A stretch of 42,933 nt of DNA from Chloroflexota bacterium (GCA_043823965.1 JBDRTP010000313.1:1-42933); one strand, 5' to 3'; shown: positions 8,770 through 17,652, counted from the stretch's first letter. The notes: a model not told the origin generated them from the sequence alone. A program made the numbers and translations.

Positions 8770-10473
8770 ATGTCTTTACATCTTGAATTCGAACGCTGGG
8801 AACGGGAAACGCTCAAACCCGTTCTCGATAAATTCCCCGAACGCAAGCCGAAGTTCGAGACCTCCTCGGGCATCGAACTGCCGCGCGTCGCCCTGCCTGC
8901 CGATCCCGATCTAGACTACGTCGAAAAACTCGGCTTTCCTGGCGAGTATCCGTATACGCGCGGAGTCCAGCCGACGATGTATCGTTCGCGCTTTTGGACC
9001 ATGCGTCAATACGCGGGTTTCTCCACCGCAGAAGAATCAAATAAACGTTATCGTTATTTATTGGGGCAAGGTCAAACGGGATTAAGTGTCGCGTTCGACT
9101 TGCCGACCCAGATCGGGTACGACGCGGACGATCCCATCGCGCAGGGCGAAGTGGGGAAGGTGGGCGTTTCGATTTCGTCCATTCGCGATATGGAGCAGTT
9201 GTTCGACCAGATCCCGCTCGACAAGGTTTCGACTTCGATGACCATCAACGCGCCCGCGGTTGTTTTGTTGGCGATGTACATTGCGGTGGCGAAGCGCCAG
9301 GGCGCGGACATGCGCCAACTGCGCGGCACCATCCAGAACGACATTCTCAAAGAGTACGTGGCGCGCGGCACGTATATTTTCCCGCCCGCGCCGTCCATGC
9401 GGCTGATCATCGACATCTTCCAGTTCTGCGCCGCCGAAGTGCCGTATTGGAATACGATTTCGATTTCGGGCTATCACATCCGTGAAGCAGGCTCCACCGC
9501 CGTGCAGGAAGTGGCGTTCACGCTGGCGAATGCGATCGCCTACGTGGAAGCCGCGCTGAAGGCGGGCCTCAAAGTGGACGACTTCGCGGGGCAGCTCTCG
9601 TTCTTCTTCAACGCGCATAATAATCTTCTGGAAGAGGTGGCAAAATTCCGCGCCGCGCGCCGCATGTGGGCGAAGATCATGCGCGAACGTTTCAAAGCCC
9701 AAAAGCCCGCCAGTTGGCAATTGCGTTTCCACACGCAGACCGCTGGCTCCGCGCTCACCGCGCAACAACCCGAAAACAACGTCGTGCGTGTCACTCTGCA
9801 AGCTCTGTCCGCCGTCCTCGGCGGAACTCAAAGTCTCCACACCAACAGCATGGACGAAGCCCTGTGGCTTCCCACCGAAAAGTCTGTGCGCGTCGCGCTC
9901 CGCACGCAACAGATCATCGCCTACGAGTCGGGTGTCGCCGATTCGATTGACCCGCTGGCGGGTTCGTATCTCATCGAACATCTCACCGACGAGATCGAAA
10001 AAGGCGCCCTCGACTACATCGCCAAAATTGACGAGATGGGCGGCGCGTTGCAGTCCATCGAGCGCGGCTACATGCAGAACGAAATCCAAAACGCCGCCTA
10101 CGCCGCGCAACAGGCGATCGAAAAGAAAGAGCAGATCGTGGTGGGCGTCAATCAATTCCAGGTGAAGGAAGAAATGACGCTCGAACGCCTGAGCGTTGAC
10201 CCTGCCATCGAAGCAGCGCAAAAGGCGAAGCTGAAGGCGTTGCGAGAGAATAGAGATCAGAGAGTAGTCAATCAGTTGCTCGATCAACTGTCGCACGCCG
10301 CACGTGGCACGCTTGCCCTGAACCGCCGCGCTGCCGAAGGTGCCGAAGCGGCAGCCGAAGGGCATAATCTCATGCCCTTGTTCATCGAGTGCGTGGAGAA
10401 CGACATCACGCTCGGAGAGATTTGCAATACGCTCCGCGGCGTGTGGGGCGAGTACGTGGCGGAGGGGTTTTGA
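8770..10473 (+). CDS. Methylmalonyl-CoA mutase family, large catalytic subunit (split type, no B12-binding domain)
   Basis: Typical MCM TIM-barrel motifs: [58 protein letters not shown] chose the ATG at 8770 ([10 protein letters not shown]); the track start at 8707 adds an unlikely leader. Confidence 0.9.
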   Translation: MSLHLEFERWERETLKPVLDKFPERKPKFETSSGIELPRVALPADPDLDYVEKLGFPGEYPYTRGVQPTMYRSRFWTMRQYAGFSTAEESNKRYRYLLGQGQTGLSVAFDLPTQIGYDADDPIAQGEVGKVGVSISSIRDMEQLFDQIPLDKVSTSMTINAPAVVLLAMYIAVAKRQGADMRQLRGTIQNDILKEYVARGTYIFPPAPSMRLIIDIFQFCAAEVPYWNTISISGYHIREAGSTAVQEVAFTLANAIAYVEAALKAGLKVDDFAGQLSFFFNAHNNLLEEVAKFRAARRMWAKIMRERFKAQKPASWQLRFHTQTAGSALTAQQPENNVVRVTLQALSAVLGGTQSLHTNSMDEALWLPTEKSVRVALRTQQIIAYESGVADSIDPLAGSYLIEHLTDEIEKGALDYIAKIDEMGGALQSIERGYMQNEIQNAAYAAQQAIEKKEQIVVGVNQFQVKEEMTLERLSVDPAIEAAQKAKLKALRENRDQRVVNQLLDQLSHAARGTLALNRRAAEGAEAAAEGHNLMPLFIECVENDITLGEICNTLRGVWGEYVAEGF

Positions 10474-10479
10474 ATCACA

Positions 10480-10487
10480 GGTATAAT
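10480..10487 (+). promoter_or_regulatory. Candidate -10 box (GGTATAAT) of the inserted TA cassette
   Basis: Lies 7 nt after the mutase stop. GGAGG at 10495-10499 and ATG at 10505 follow. Confidence 0.5.
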
Positions 10488-10504
10488 CGAATTTGGAGGC
10501 TATC

Positions 10505-10762
10505 ATGAAAATCTCCGAATCCCTTGAATCTGCTCGTTACATGGTTGACCCGAAAGGCAATCGAACCAATGTAGTGATTCCGTTTGAAACCTGGCAAAAA
10601 TTACTCGAAGCCTGGGAGCGGTTGATCGAACGGCTCGAAGACCAGGAAGACCGCGCCATTTTACAGGAATGGCTGGCGCGCCGCGCTTCAGGCGAGAAGG
10701 ATACCGTCACATTGGTGGAACTCGAAAAAGAGTTGGTCGCCGATGGGTTCTTACCGGGTTGA
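10505..10762 (+). CDS. Putative antitoxin of a ParE/RelE-type TA pair
   Basis: 85-aa acidic protein that overlaps the downstream toxin gene by 20 nt. Start chosen after the GGAGG. Confidence 0.6.
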   Translation: MKISESLESARYMVDPKGNRTNVVIPFETWQKLLEAWERLIERLEDQEDRAILQEWLARRASGEKDTVTLVELEKELVADGFLPG

Positions 10763-11057
10763 AATCACGAATGCAGCGCGGCGGGAAATCCGCAATTTGC
10801 CTGGACACATGCGCCAGTTGATCTTTCGCGAAATCCAGGCATTGGAAAAAGAAGCGCGCCCATATTCCAGCAAGGGAATGAAATCCACAAAGAATTTCAA
10901 GATCTCAAAAGACGTGGAGTTGCGCCGTATTCGCATGGACCGCTGGCGGGTGGTGTATGTGATCGAGCAAGAACTTTCGCTGGTCACTGTGCTGGCAATT
11001 CGTAAGCGCCCGCCGTACCAGTACGAAGATTTGGAAGACCTGCTCAAAGAAGTGTAG
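10743..11057 (+). CDS. RelE/ParE-family toxin
   Basis: 104 aa with YRVEITNAARREIRNLP...RRIRMDRWRVVYVIE...VTVLAIRKRP, the typical ParE/RelE fold signature. Confidence 0.8.
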   Translation: MGSYRVEITNAARREIRNLPGHMRQLIFREIQALEKEARPYSSKGMKSTKNFKISKDVELRRIRMDRWRVVYVIEQELSLVTVLAIRKRPPYQYEDLEDLLKEV

Positions 11058-11174
11058 GAAGGGTAGAATCTCATGCCCCTCTTCATCAAATGCGTCGAAA
11101 ACGACATTACGCTCGGCGAGATTTGCAACACGCTCCGCGGCGTGTGGGGCGAGTATGTGGCGCAGGGGTTTTAG
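11058..11174 (+). pseudogene. Orphan duplicate of the mutase gene 3' end
   Basis: 11058-11174 aligns with 10358-10473 at roughly 88% identity by my manual count. It would encode [35 protein letters not shown], against ...IECVEN...VAEGF* in the intact gene. Confidence 0.85.
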
Positions 11175-11219
11175 AGGAAACAATAGATATAGTTCAGTCT
11201 GTTTAGTGCACTGTAATCC

Positions 11220-11798
11220 TTATTGCATGATCGCATCCATACTAGGCTGGGTCAACTGACGGAACATATCATTGATCCGCTCAGCGGGATACGGCATGTC
11301 GTGATCGAGCCACCATGTCAACAAGGCTATAAACGTACTGACGATGTAAAGCGTCATGATTTCCGGCGGTATTTGTTCTTTCTTCTTACTGGGAAATTGC
11401 GGCTTTAAATGTTCGTAAATAAGAGTTGTAAGATATTTCTGAATGTGCGAAAGCATCGCATGACCGCCCTTTTCCCCAACCAGGGCCTTGTAGACGCGCT
11501 GATACTCCTGTGCGTGTTGGAACATGATCAGGCTTAGCGCCCAGGGATTTTCCGCAGCGGGGGACTGCCCAAGCAAGTGCTGTTCAAACTGCGCCCGCAT
11601 GCTCTCGAACCCGCCCAGAAATAAATCCTCCTTATCCTGAAAATGCGCGTAGAACGTTGATCGCCCTACGTTGGCGCGGTCAATTACATCCTGCACGGTC
11701 ACGGCTTCAAATCCCTTTTCTAAAATTAATTCTATAAGTGCATCCTGCAAAAGCTGACGTGTACGCTGAATGCGGCGGTCTAAAACCTTTTTGTTCAT
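11220..11798 (-). CDS. TetR/AcrR-family transcriptional regulator
   Basis: HTH region RTRQLLQDALIELILEKGFEAVTVQDVIDRANVGRSTFYAHF. Start at 11798 (MNKK), preceded by AGGAGA; the longer track ORF is not needed. Confidence 0.85.
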   Translation of the reverse strand: MNKKVLDRRIQRTRQLLQDALIELILEKGFEAVTVQDVIDRANVGRSTFYAHFQDKEDLFLGGFESMRAQFEQHLLGQSPAAENPWALSLIMFQHAQEYQRVYKALVGEKGGHAMLSHIQKYLTTLIYEHLKPQFPSKKKEQIPPEIMTLYIVSTFIALLTWWLDHDMPYPAERINDMFRQLTQPSMDAIMQ

Positions 11799-11892
11799 AG
11801 TAAACATTCTCCTGTCTTCTAAACGTGGTCTTGATACACCCTCCGCTATAGCTTCGGCTACTCGAGCACCATGTTTCTGTACAAATTGCTTA

Positions 11893-11916
11893 GAAATGTT
11901 CAGTATTGAACATTTC
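11893..11916. promoter_or_regulatory. Candidate TetR operator
   Basis: Perfect 10-bp inverted repeat GAAATGTTCA-gtat-TGAACATTTC in the divergent intergenic region. Confidence 0.55.
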
Positions 11917-11931
11917 AGGGTGAATTGATTG

Positions 11932-11960
11932 TTGACACACGTTCCACGAGCTAGTATAAC
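11932..11960 (+). promoter_or_regulatory. Candidate promoter of the membrane protein/ABC operon
   Basis: TTGACA (11932-11937), a 17-nt spacer, then TATAAC (11955-11960). Confidence 0.45.
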
Positions 11961-12064
11961 GAAACAGAACTGCATGTTCGGAAACATACATATTGTACAC
12001 CAGTTGGGACGAAGAGACCATCTGAGATCATAAGCAAATAAAACAACAGGAGAAACTACATATC

Positions 12065-12541
12065 ATGAAAAATCCAATTGAAAATAAATATGCAGCATTA
12101 TCGTTAGTCAGTATTACCCTGACGGGGGTTATCGCAACCATCCATCATGTCTATAAGCTGGGATTCTCTCTGCTCATTCCGGGAGCAGCCATCATCCTTC
12201 TTCCCTATCTGTTGATGCTGTGGTTTAAGCGCGCAGGGAATAAAGTTGCCCTGTGGGCCTATGGCTTGCTAAACGCCTTCGTCATAGTCGGACTCGGCTT
12301 CGTGGATGGCTTCCTGAATCATACCGTGCTATTCAGCAAGACATTAGCTTACAACATCCTATTGCCCTTGCACGGCGGAGACCCTAAGGCGGTGGAGAAG
12401 GTTTTTTCACTCTTACCGCCAGCCCCGGTGGATGCCTTCTATGAAAGCACCGGCGTACTCACTTTCATCGTCAGCTTGTTTGCGCTGTACTATGGATACA
12501 AATTCATACAAGGAATGTTGAAAAATGAAAAACTCAAATAA
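12065..12541 (+). CDS. Small integral membrane protein, unknown function
   Basis: 158 aa with about four hydrophobic segments. It overlaps the start of the ABC ATPase gene. Confidence 0.55.
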   Translation: MKNPIENKYAALSLVSITLTGVIATIHHVYKLGFSLLIPGAAIILLPYLLMLWFKRAGNKVALWAYGLLNAFVIVGLGFVDGFLNHTVLFSKTLAYNILLPLHGGDPKAVEKVFSLLPPAPVDAFYESTGVLTFIVSLFALYYGYKFIQGMLKNEKLK

Positions 12542-13235
12542 CTCCAACGGCTTCATTCAATTCAAGCAGGTCTCCAAATGGTTCGAGTCGGCGGCCGGGC
12601 GTTTTGATGCTCTCAAGAATATTGATCTCAGTATCGGTCAGGGCGAGCACGTGGCGATTGTGGGCAAATCCGGCAGCGGCAAATCCACACTGTTGAACAT
12701 GCTCACCGGAATCGATCACCCCAGCCAGGGCGCGGTCACCATCAACGCGACCGAAGTCCACACGCTGGACGAAAGCCGCCTGGCGACGTGGCGCGGGGCC
12801 AACATCGGCATTGTGTTCCAATTTTTTCAACTCATCCCCACCCTCAGCATTTTGGAAAACCTATTGCTGGCGATGGACTTCGTGAACGTCATCCCGAAAA
12901 AGGAGCGTCGGCAACGCGCCGAGTCGTTGCTGGCGCAGGTGGGCATTGCGCCCCACGCGGGCAAATTGCCCGCCGCGTTATCGGGCGGCGAACAACAACG
13001 GGCGGCCATCGCCCGCGCTCTGGCGAACAACCCGCCGATCTTGGTCGCCGACGAGCCGACCGGCAACCTGGACAGCAAAACCGCCCTCACCGTTCAAGCG
13101 TTATTCGTTGAACTGGTGGGCAATGGCAAAACCGTCATCGTGGTGACCCACGAAAACGTATCCGACGTTGCCTATAATCGCGTCATTACGCTTAACGATG
13201 GTGCCATTGCGGACGACAAAAAGGACTTGCGATGA
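12525..13235 (+). CDS. ABC transporter ATP-binding protein (MacB/LolD-type)
   Basis: Walker [10 protein letters not shown], signature LSGGEQQR, Walker [13 protein letters not shown], and an H-loop VTHE. Confidence 0.9.
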   Translation: MKNSNNSNGFIQFKQVSKWFESAAGRFDALKNIDLSIGQGEHVAIVGKSGSGKSTLLNMLTGIDHPSQGAVTINATEVHTLDESRLATWRGANIGIVFQFFQLIPTLSILENLLLAMDFVNVIPKKERRQRAESLLAQVGIAPHAGKLPAALSGGEQQRAAIARALANNPPILVADEPTGNLDSKTALTVQALFVELVGNGKTVIVVTHENVSDVAYNRVITLNDGAIADDKKDLR

Positions 13236-14512
13236 ACATCCAACTTAAAAAAGCCTTGAGCGACCTCACCACCCACCCGGGCCGCACCGCCCTCGTGATT
13301 CTGGCCCTGGTCATCGGCCTGTGGGGAGTCGGGTCTATTCTGGTGTCGTATGCGGTGTTGAAAAGCGACCTGAACGAGAACTACACGCGCACGAATCCCG
13401 CCCATGTTGTCATGACCTCAAAAAACTTTGACCGGTTGGACCTGGCGGCGTTCAGAAATCGGCCGGGCATCGTCAGCGCCGAATTCCGCGCCCTCTCCTT
13501 CCAACGCATCGAAGTCTTTCCCGATCAATGGATTCCATTGTGGGTCTTTGGCGTGGAAGATTTCAACAACTTCAATCTGGCGCATATTTACAATGAGGAA
13601 GGCAATCCAGTTCCCGAACCGGGCACGATGTTGATTGAACGCGACGGGCAGAACGTCTCGGATTTGAAAGTCGGGACAGTGGCGCGGGTTCGCGTCGGCG
13701 GCCAAATTATTGAAGTGCCTATCACCGGCATTGCCTTTGATCCGGCTCAGGCCCCCGCCTCGCAGGACGCTTTCATCTATGCGTATGTGGACAAGGAAAC
13801 GTACACCGCCATCACCGGCGAGCCGGCCAACCAACGCTTGATTTTTCGTTTAGAGAATGTCACCACCAAACAAGACATCCAGACCATCGCCAATACGATT
13901 GTGGATGAGTTTGAGCAATTGGGCATCACCGTGGAGACGGTGAACATTCCCAAGCCCAATGAGCACCCGCACCAGTTTCAATTGAATACGTTGCTCGCTT
14001 TGCAGGGGAGCATCGGGGGCCTGGCCTTTCTCATGGGCGCGGTGCTGGTGTCGCAATTGATGAGCGCCATTCTCACCCAGCAAGTCCGGCAAATTGGCGT
14101 ACTTAAAGCCATTGGGGCCTCACGCTGGCAGACGCTCAAAATCTATTTGGCGATGGTGCTCATCTTTGGCGCGGTGTCGAGCACTATCGCCATCCCATTG
14201 GCGGTGATGTCGGGCTACGCCTTTGCCGAGTTTGTGGCGAGAACCATCAACTTTGAAGTGCTCACCACGACATTGCCGATCGCGGTGTATGTTTATCTCA
14301 TCGTCGCTGGCTTGCTGTTGCCCATCCTGGTGTCGCTCCTGGCCCTGCTGAAAGGGGTCAACGTATCCGTGCAGGCCGCGCTGTCCGATTACGGCATCCG
14401 GCCCGACCAGTCTGACGCGACGGCGGCCGCCCGACTGCCTTTGTCGAATAGCCTGATATTCTGGCGGTGCGAAATACCCTGCGCCGCCGAGGACGCCTGG
14501 CCGTCACCGTAG
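13232..14512 (+). CDS. FtsX-family ABC permease, first module (possibly the N-terminal half of a frameshifted two-module permease)
   Basis: TM1, a large extracytoplasmic domain, then an FtsX 3-TM bundle (VRQIGVLKAIGASRWQ). The tail after ...ALSDYG looks like a linker rather than a natural C-terminus. Confidence 0.75.
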   Translation: MNIQLKKALSDLTTHPGRTALVILALVIGLWGVGSILVSYAVLKSDLNENYTRTNPAHVVMTSKNFDRLDLAAFRNRPGIVSAEFRALSFQRIEVFPDQWIPLWVFGVEDFNNFNLAHIYNEEGNPVPEPGTMLIERDGQNVSDLKVGTVARVRVGGQIIEVPITGIAFDPAQAPASQDAFIYAYVDKETYTAITGEPANQRLIFRLENVTTKQDIQTIANTIVDEFEQLGITVETVNIPKPNEHPHQFQLNTLLALQGSIGGLAFLMGAVLVSQLMSAILTQQVRQIGVLKAIGASRWQTLKIYLAMVLIFGAVSSTIAIPLAVMSGYAFAEFVARTINFEVLTTTLPIAVYVYLIVAGLLLPILVSLLALLKGVNVSVQAALSDYGIRPDQSDATAAARLPLSNSLIFWRCEIPCAAEDAWPSP

Positions 14513-15597
14513 CCACGATGGCGCTCGGCGTGGCAATCTTCAGCACCGGGTTTAATGTCCGGGAAGCCCTCATAGTGCTTTTGGCAGAAAACAGAAACTC
14601 TATGAAGTATGATGTGCAGGTGGTGTTCAAGGACCAGATTCCCTTGGAGCAGGCCTTGGCGCCATTTAGCGCTGTGAGCAATATCAGTCGCGTTGAAGCG
14701 TGGAATGGTGGACGTGGTCGTCTTCAAACGGGAATAATCTCAACCACCAACGGGATCGGTGTGGTGGCCCTGCCCTACGACACTGATCTCGCCATCTGGG
14801 AGGTCATCGAGGGGCGCTGGTTGGAAGCGACGGATGAGACCGAAATCGTGATGAATCAAATCGCGGCCGAGGCCTTGGGTAATCCCGTGGTGGGCGAGCA
14901 TTACACAATTGACATCAAAGGGAAACTGGTGAACGCGAAATTGGTGGGCATTGTCAAGGAATTTGAAGTGGCCAAAATTTACATGGACAAAGGCCGCTAC
15001 GACGCGCTAGTGAACCCGGAGCATTTGGTTAACAGTTTGATGTTTGTGGCCCAAGACAAAGACTACAAGCAGATTATCGCCTTGAAAAAAGACATCGAAA
15101 ATGCGATTGCGCCGACCAATTTGAACATTCTCGCTGTTCTGTCGCAAGCCGAACGCGCGGAAATCCTTTTTAACCATCTCAACATCATCCTGACCCTGAT
15201 CGTTTTTCTATCGCTGTTGGTGCTGGTGGTCGGCGCGCTGGGCATGGCTTCCGCGACGGGCATCAACATCATGGAGAGAACCCGCGAGATTGGCGTGCTA
15301 CGCGCCATCGGCGCGACGCCCAAAATGATTTACGGCTTGTTCGTGGCCGAGGGCATGGTGGTGAGCGTTGTCAGCATTCTTGTGGGGCTGTTGCTGGCCT
15401 GGCCGCTCAGTATCGTCGCTTCAGCGTTCTTCGGAGATTTGATCCTGGGAAACGGAGTCCCGCTCGACTTTGCCTTCAGCTATCCTGGCTTTAGAATCAC
15501 ATTAACCGTTACCCTGATCTTTGGTTGGTTAGCCAGTCGAATCCCGGCGCGCAGGGCCATTACTGTCTCGACTCGGGAAGCGATTTCTTACGAATAA
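14467..15597 (+). CDS. FtsX-family ABC permease, second module
   Basis: RNTLRRRGRLAVTVATMALG is the canonical permease N-terminal motif. FtsX bundle REIGVLRAIGATPKM. The only in-frame start is a GTG just 15 nt (five sense codons) past an in-frame stop, and the motif extends upstream of that GTG. Confidence 0.7.
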   Translation: MRNTLRRRGRLAVTVATMALGVAIFSTGFNVREALIVLLAENRNSMKYDVQVVFKDQIPLEQALAPFSAVSNISRVEAWNGGRGRLQTGIISTTNGIGVVALPYDTDLAIWEVIEGRWLEATDETEIVMNQIAAEALGNPVVGEHYTIDIKGKLVNAKLVGIVKEFEVAKIYMDKGRYDALVNPEHLVNSLMFVAQDKDYKQIIALKKDIENAIAPTNLNILAVLSQAERAEILFNHLNIILTLIVFLSLLVLVVGALGMASATGINIMERTREIGVLRAIGATPKMIYGLFVAEGMVVSVVSILVGLLLAWPLSIVASAFFGDLILGNGVPLDFAFSYPGFRITLTVTLIFGWLASRIPARRAITVSTREAISYE

Positions 15598-15785
15598 TAG
15601 TTTCTGAGTTGGGCAAGTTTTATGATCATGTCATTTTTATGGGTGCGTCGCACCTGCTTCGACGGGAATCTCTCACCCTTTAGATTCTTCTGCATAATGA
15701 GCAGAGTCCACTCATGTGGGCGCCGTTGCCAACCATAATGTCCGCGGCAGGAATGGCGGGAGAGCCCCCTCCGCCCTAGCGGGCA

Positions 15786-15852
15786 CCTCCCCCAAATGGG
15801 ACAGAAAAACTTTTTATGTTAACCATGTGTAACATGTCCCATTTGGGGGAGG
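15786..15852. repeat. 18-bp-arm hairpin upstream of the DUF559 gene
   Basis: CCTCCCCCAAATGGGACA (15786-15803) faces TGTCCCATTTGGGGGAGG (15835-15852). The right arm recurs as a direct repeat at 16313-16330. Confidence 0.9.
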
Positions 15853-15916
15853 CGGGTGGGGGCAGGGTTTTGCAATAGACTCAGGGGAGTGATGATAAAC
15901 TCGGGGAGAGAAAATT

Positions 15917-16297
15917 ATGCCAGCGAAACGATCCAATCCCAACACTATGCGCCAAGCGGTGAAGCTGCGAAAAGTCCCTACACCTGCTGAGAAAAAACTG
16001 TGGTCATATTTACGCGGGGAAAAATTGAACGGGGTGAGTTTTAGACGTCAACACGCCATTGGGAATTTCATCCCTGATTTTGTCTCAATCAAGAGGAAAT
16101 TAATCATTGAACTTGACGGCAGCCAGCATTTGGAGCAAGCTGAATATGATGTTGAGCGAACCAAGTATTTTGAGTCACAGGGGTATAAGGTGATTCGCTT
16201 TTGGAATAATCAGGTGATGAACGATATTAACAGGGTCATTCGAGTTATCGAGTTTGCGTTGAATGATGAGCAAGCGCGATATGAAAATTTAGGTTGA
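15917..16297 (+). CDS. DUF559 endonuclease-domain protein (Vsr-like fold)
   Basis: PTPAEKKLWSYLRGEKLNGVSFRRQHAIGNFIPDFV...IIELDGSQH...KVIRFWNNQV is the DUF559 signature. Confidence 0.85.
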   Translation: MPAKRSNPNTMRQAVKLRKVPTPAEKKLWSYLRGEKLNGVSFRRQHAIGNFIPDFVSIKRKLIIELDGSQHLEQAEYDVERTKYFESQGYKVIRFWNNQVMNDINRVIRVIEFALNDEQARYENLG

Positions 16298-16333
16298 CAA
16301 GTTTAAGTCCACTGTCCCATTTGGGGGAGGAAG

Positions 16334-16580
16334 GGCAAACCTGACATGTCTCACCCGCGCCGATGTCAATCATAACGTCCGCGGGGATGTGGGTCACGAT
16401 TGATCAGTCCCTTGCGGAGACACCTTCGGCAGGTTTTTGGGGAGAGAGGCAAACCTGACATGTCTCACCCGCGCTGTTGTCAACCATAACGTCCGCGTGG
16501 ACGTGGGTCATGATTAGTCAGTCCCTTGCGGAGACACACTTCGACAAGCTCAGTGCAACGCCTTCGGCAGTTTTTTGGGG
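16334..16580 (+). repeat. Tandem duplication of a ~110-bp inter-cassette unit
   Basis: Copy 1 is 16334-16442 and copy 2 is 16448-16580; copy 2 carries a ~23-bp insert. Each begins GGCAAACCTGACATGTCTCACCCGCGC and ends CCTTCGGCAGGTTTTTGGGG, and the ends are imperfectly inverted. Confidence 0.85.
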
Positions 16581-16587
16581 TGGGTGT

Positions 16588-16650
16588 GAGGGGACTCGCG
16601 CCTGCTTTGATGGACATGTCTCACCCGTTGATTTGTCTCGTTTGGTGAGG
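16588..16650 (+). repeat. Inter-cassette repeat, A-box copy 1 plus stem
   Basis: GAGGGGACTCGCGCCTGCTTTGATGGACATGTCTCACCCGTTG (16588-16630), followed by the CTCACC/GGTGAG stem. Confidence 0.85.
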
Positions 16651-16682
16651 TGAATCTACCTGTCTGGTTCGCTGGCGAGTGG

Positions 16683-16690
16683 TGTATAAT
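16683..16690 (+). promoter_or_regulatory. Extended -10 box TGTATAAT for MNT/HepT
   Basis: TGTATAAT ends 6 nt before the ATG at 16697, which implies a leaderless or near-leaderless mRNA. Confidence 0.5.
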
Positions 16691-16696
16691 TCTCAC

Positions 16697-16996
16697 ATGC
16701 TCGTATCTAGCCGTGATGATGTAATTGCCATAATCAAAGCCAACCGACGGGCGCTAAAGCGTTATGGCGTCAAGTCGTTGGCATTGTTTGGGTCCGCGGC
16801 CAGGAATAGCCTGCGGAAACGCAGTGATATTGATGTTCTGGTGCAGTTCGACAAAGCAACCTGGGAAAATTACATCGGCTTGAAGTTCTACCTGCAAGAC
16901 CTGCTTGGGCGCGAAGTGGATTTGGTCACGCCCAAAGCGCTCAAGCCAGCCACGCGGCCATCCATCGAAAAAGACTTGTTCCATGTCGTCTCGTAA
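16697..16996 (+). CDS. MNT-type nucleotidyltransferase antitoxin
   Basis: The motif LFGSAARNSLRKRSDIDVLVQF (GS...DxD) and an overlap with the HepT gene. The ATG at 16697 is preferred because the track start at 16679 lies inside the -10 box. Confidence 0.8.
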   Translation: MLVSSRDDVIAIIKANRRALKRYGVKSLALFGSAARNSLRKRSDIDVLVQFDKATWENYIGLKFYLQDLLGREVDLVTPKALKPATRPSIEKDLFHVVS

Positions 16997-17324
16997 ACCC
17001 GATTTGTATCTACAGGATATTCTGCAAGCCTGCAATGATACTTTATATTTCACCCAGGCGATGGGCAAGGCAGATGACTTGCAGAATGACCGCCGCACAT
17101 TTCTGGCAGTTGTTCGCAGTCTTGAAGTCATTGGGGAAGCCGCGCGGCAAATGCCGAAAAGTTTCAAGGAAAAGCACCCTGAAATTCCCTGGCGCGAGGC
17201 CGCCAGCTTGCGTAACGTCATCGCGCACGAATATTTTGGATTGGATATCGACATCGTTTGGGATGTCATTCAAACTCAAATCCCTGTTTTGTCTGAAACG
17301 CTTAAGCGAATTCAGACTGACTAA
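16983..17324 (+). CDS. HepT-like (DUF86, HEPN) RNase toxin
   Basis: HEPN motif RNVIAHEY (Rx4H), a DUF86-like YLQDILQA N-terminus, and a 14-nt overlap with the MNT gene. Confidence 0.85.
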   Translation: MSSRKPDLYLQDILQACNDTLYFTQAMGKADDLQNDRRTFLAVVRSLEVIGEAARQMPKSFKEKHPEIPWREAASLRNVIAHEYFGLDIDIVWDVIQTQIPVLSETLKRIQTD

Positions 17325-17328
17325 ACAA

Positions 17329-17356
17329 ATCGGAGCCACGCGGCTCCGATTTTTTC
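17329..17356 (+). terminator. Intrinsic terminator after hepT
   Basis: ATCGGAGCC-acgc-GGCTCCGAT followed by TTTTT. Confidence 0.75.
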
Positions 17357-17623
17357 GAGGGGACTCGCGCCTGTTTTGACGGACATGTCTCACCCATTGG
17401 TCTGTCCCGTTTGAGGGGATGGGCAAACCTGCCGAAGGTGTCTCGTGCGGCACTTGCATGAAGGATGAAGGCGGAAGGATGAAGGATGAAAGCGTGCGCG
17501 GGTATGGCAAACCTGGTCTCATGCAGCTCTCGTCCGCCCGTGGCGCATGCAAGGACAAGTATCCGCGCAAGTCAAGGTTTCGTGGACGTGTACCCGAAGG
17601 GTGGACACCTTTGGCAGGTTTTT
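17357..17623 (+). repeat. Inter-cassette repeat, full-length mosaic copy (A-box, stem, B-box, tail)
   Basis: A-box 17357-17399. B-box GGCAAACCTGGTCTCATGCAGCTCTCGTCCGCCCGTGGCGCATGC at 17506-17550. The tail ...GGTTTCGTGGACGTGTACCCGAAGGGTGGAC...CAGGTTTTT matches 21394-21449. Confidence 0.85.
17460..17494. repeat. Five-unit heptamer repeat inside the inter-cassette element
   Basis: GAAGGAT GAAGGCG GAAGGAT GAAGGAT GAAAGCG. Confidence 0.9.
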
Positions 17624-17652
17624 GGATTGGGTTGATTTAGTCCACTGATTAG

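Noticed and set aside
9082-10506. 474-aa minus-strand ORF opposite the mutase gene
   Set aside because: It is antisense to a strongly conserved mutase coding sequence and is rich in Arg/His/Leu/Val, a typical shadow ORF.
10751-11183. Minus-strand ORFs 10751..11131 and 10905..11183
   Set aside because: They are shadows of the RelE/ParE gene and of the duplicated mutase 3' end. Their N-termini mirror the antisense ORFs seen at 10284..10506.
16334-16580. CRISPR array
   Set aside because: Only two directly abutting copies of a ~110-bp unit exist, with no spacers. The repeat is far longer than CRISPR repeats, and no cas genes are in the window.
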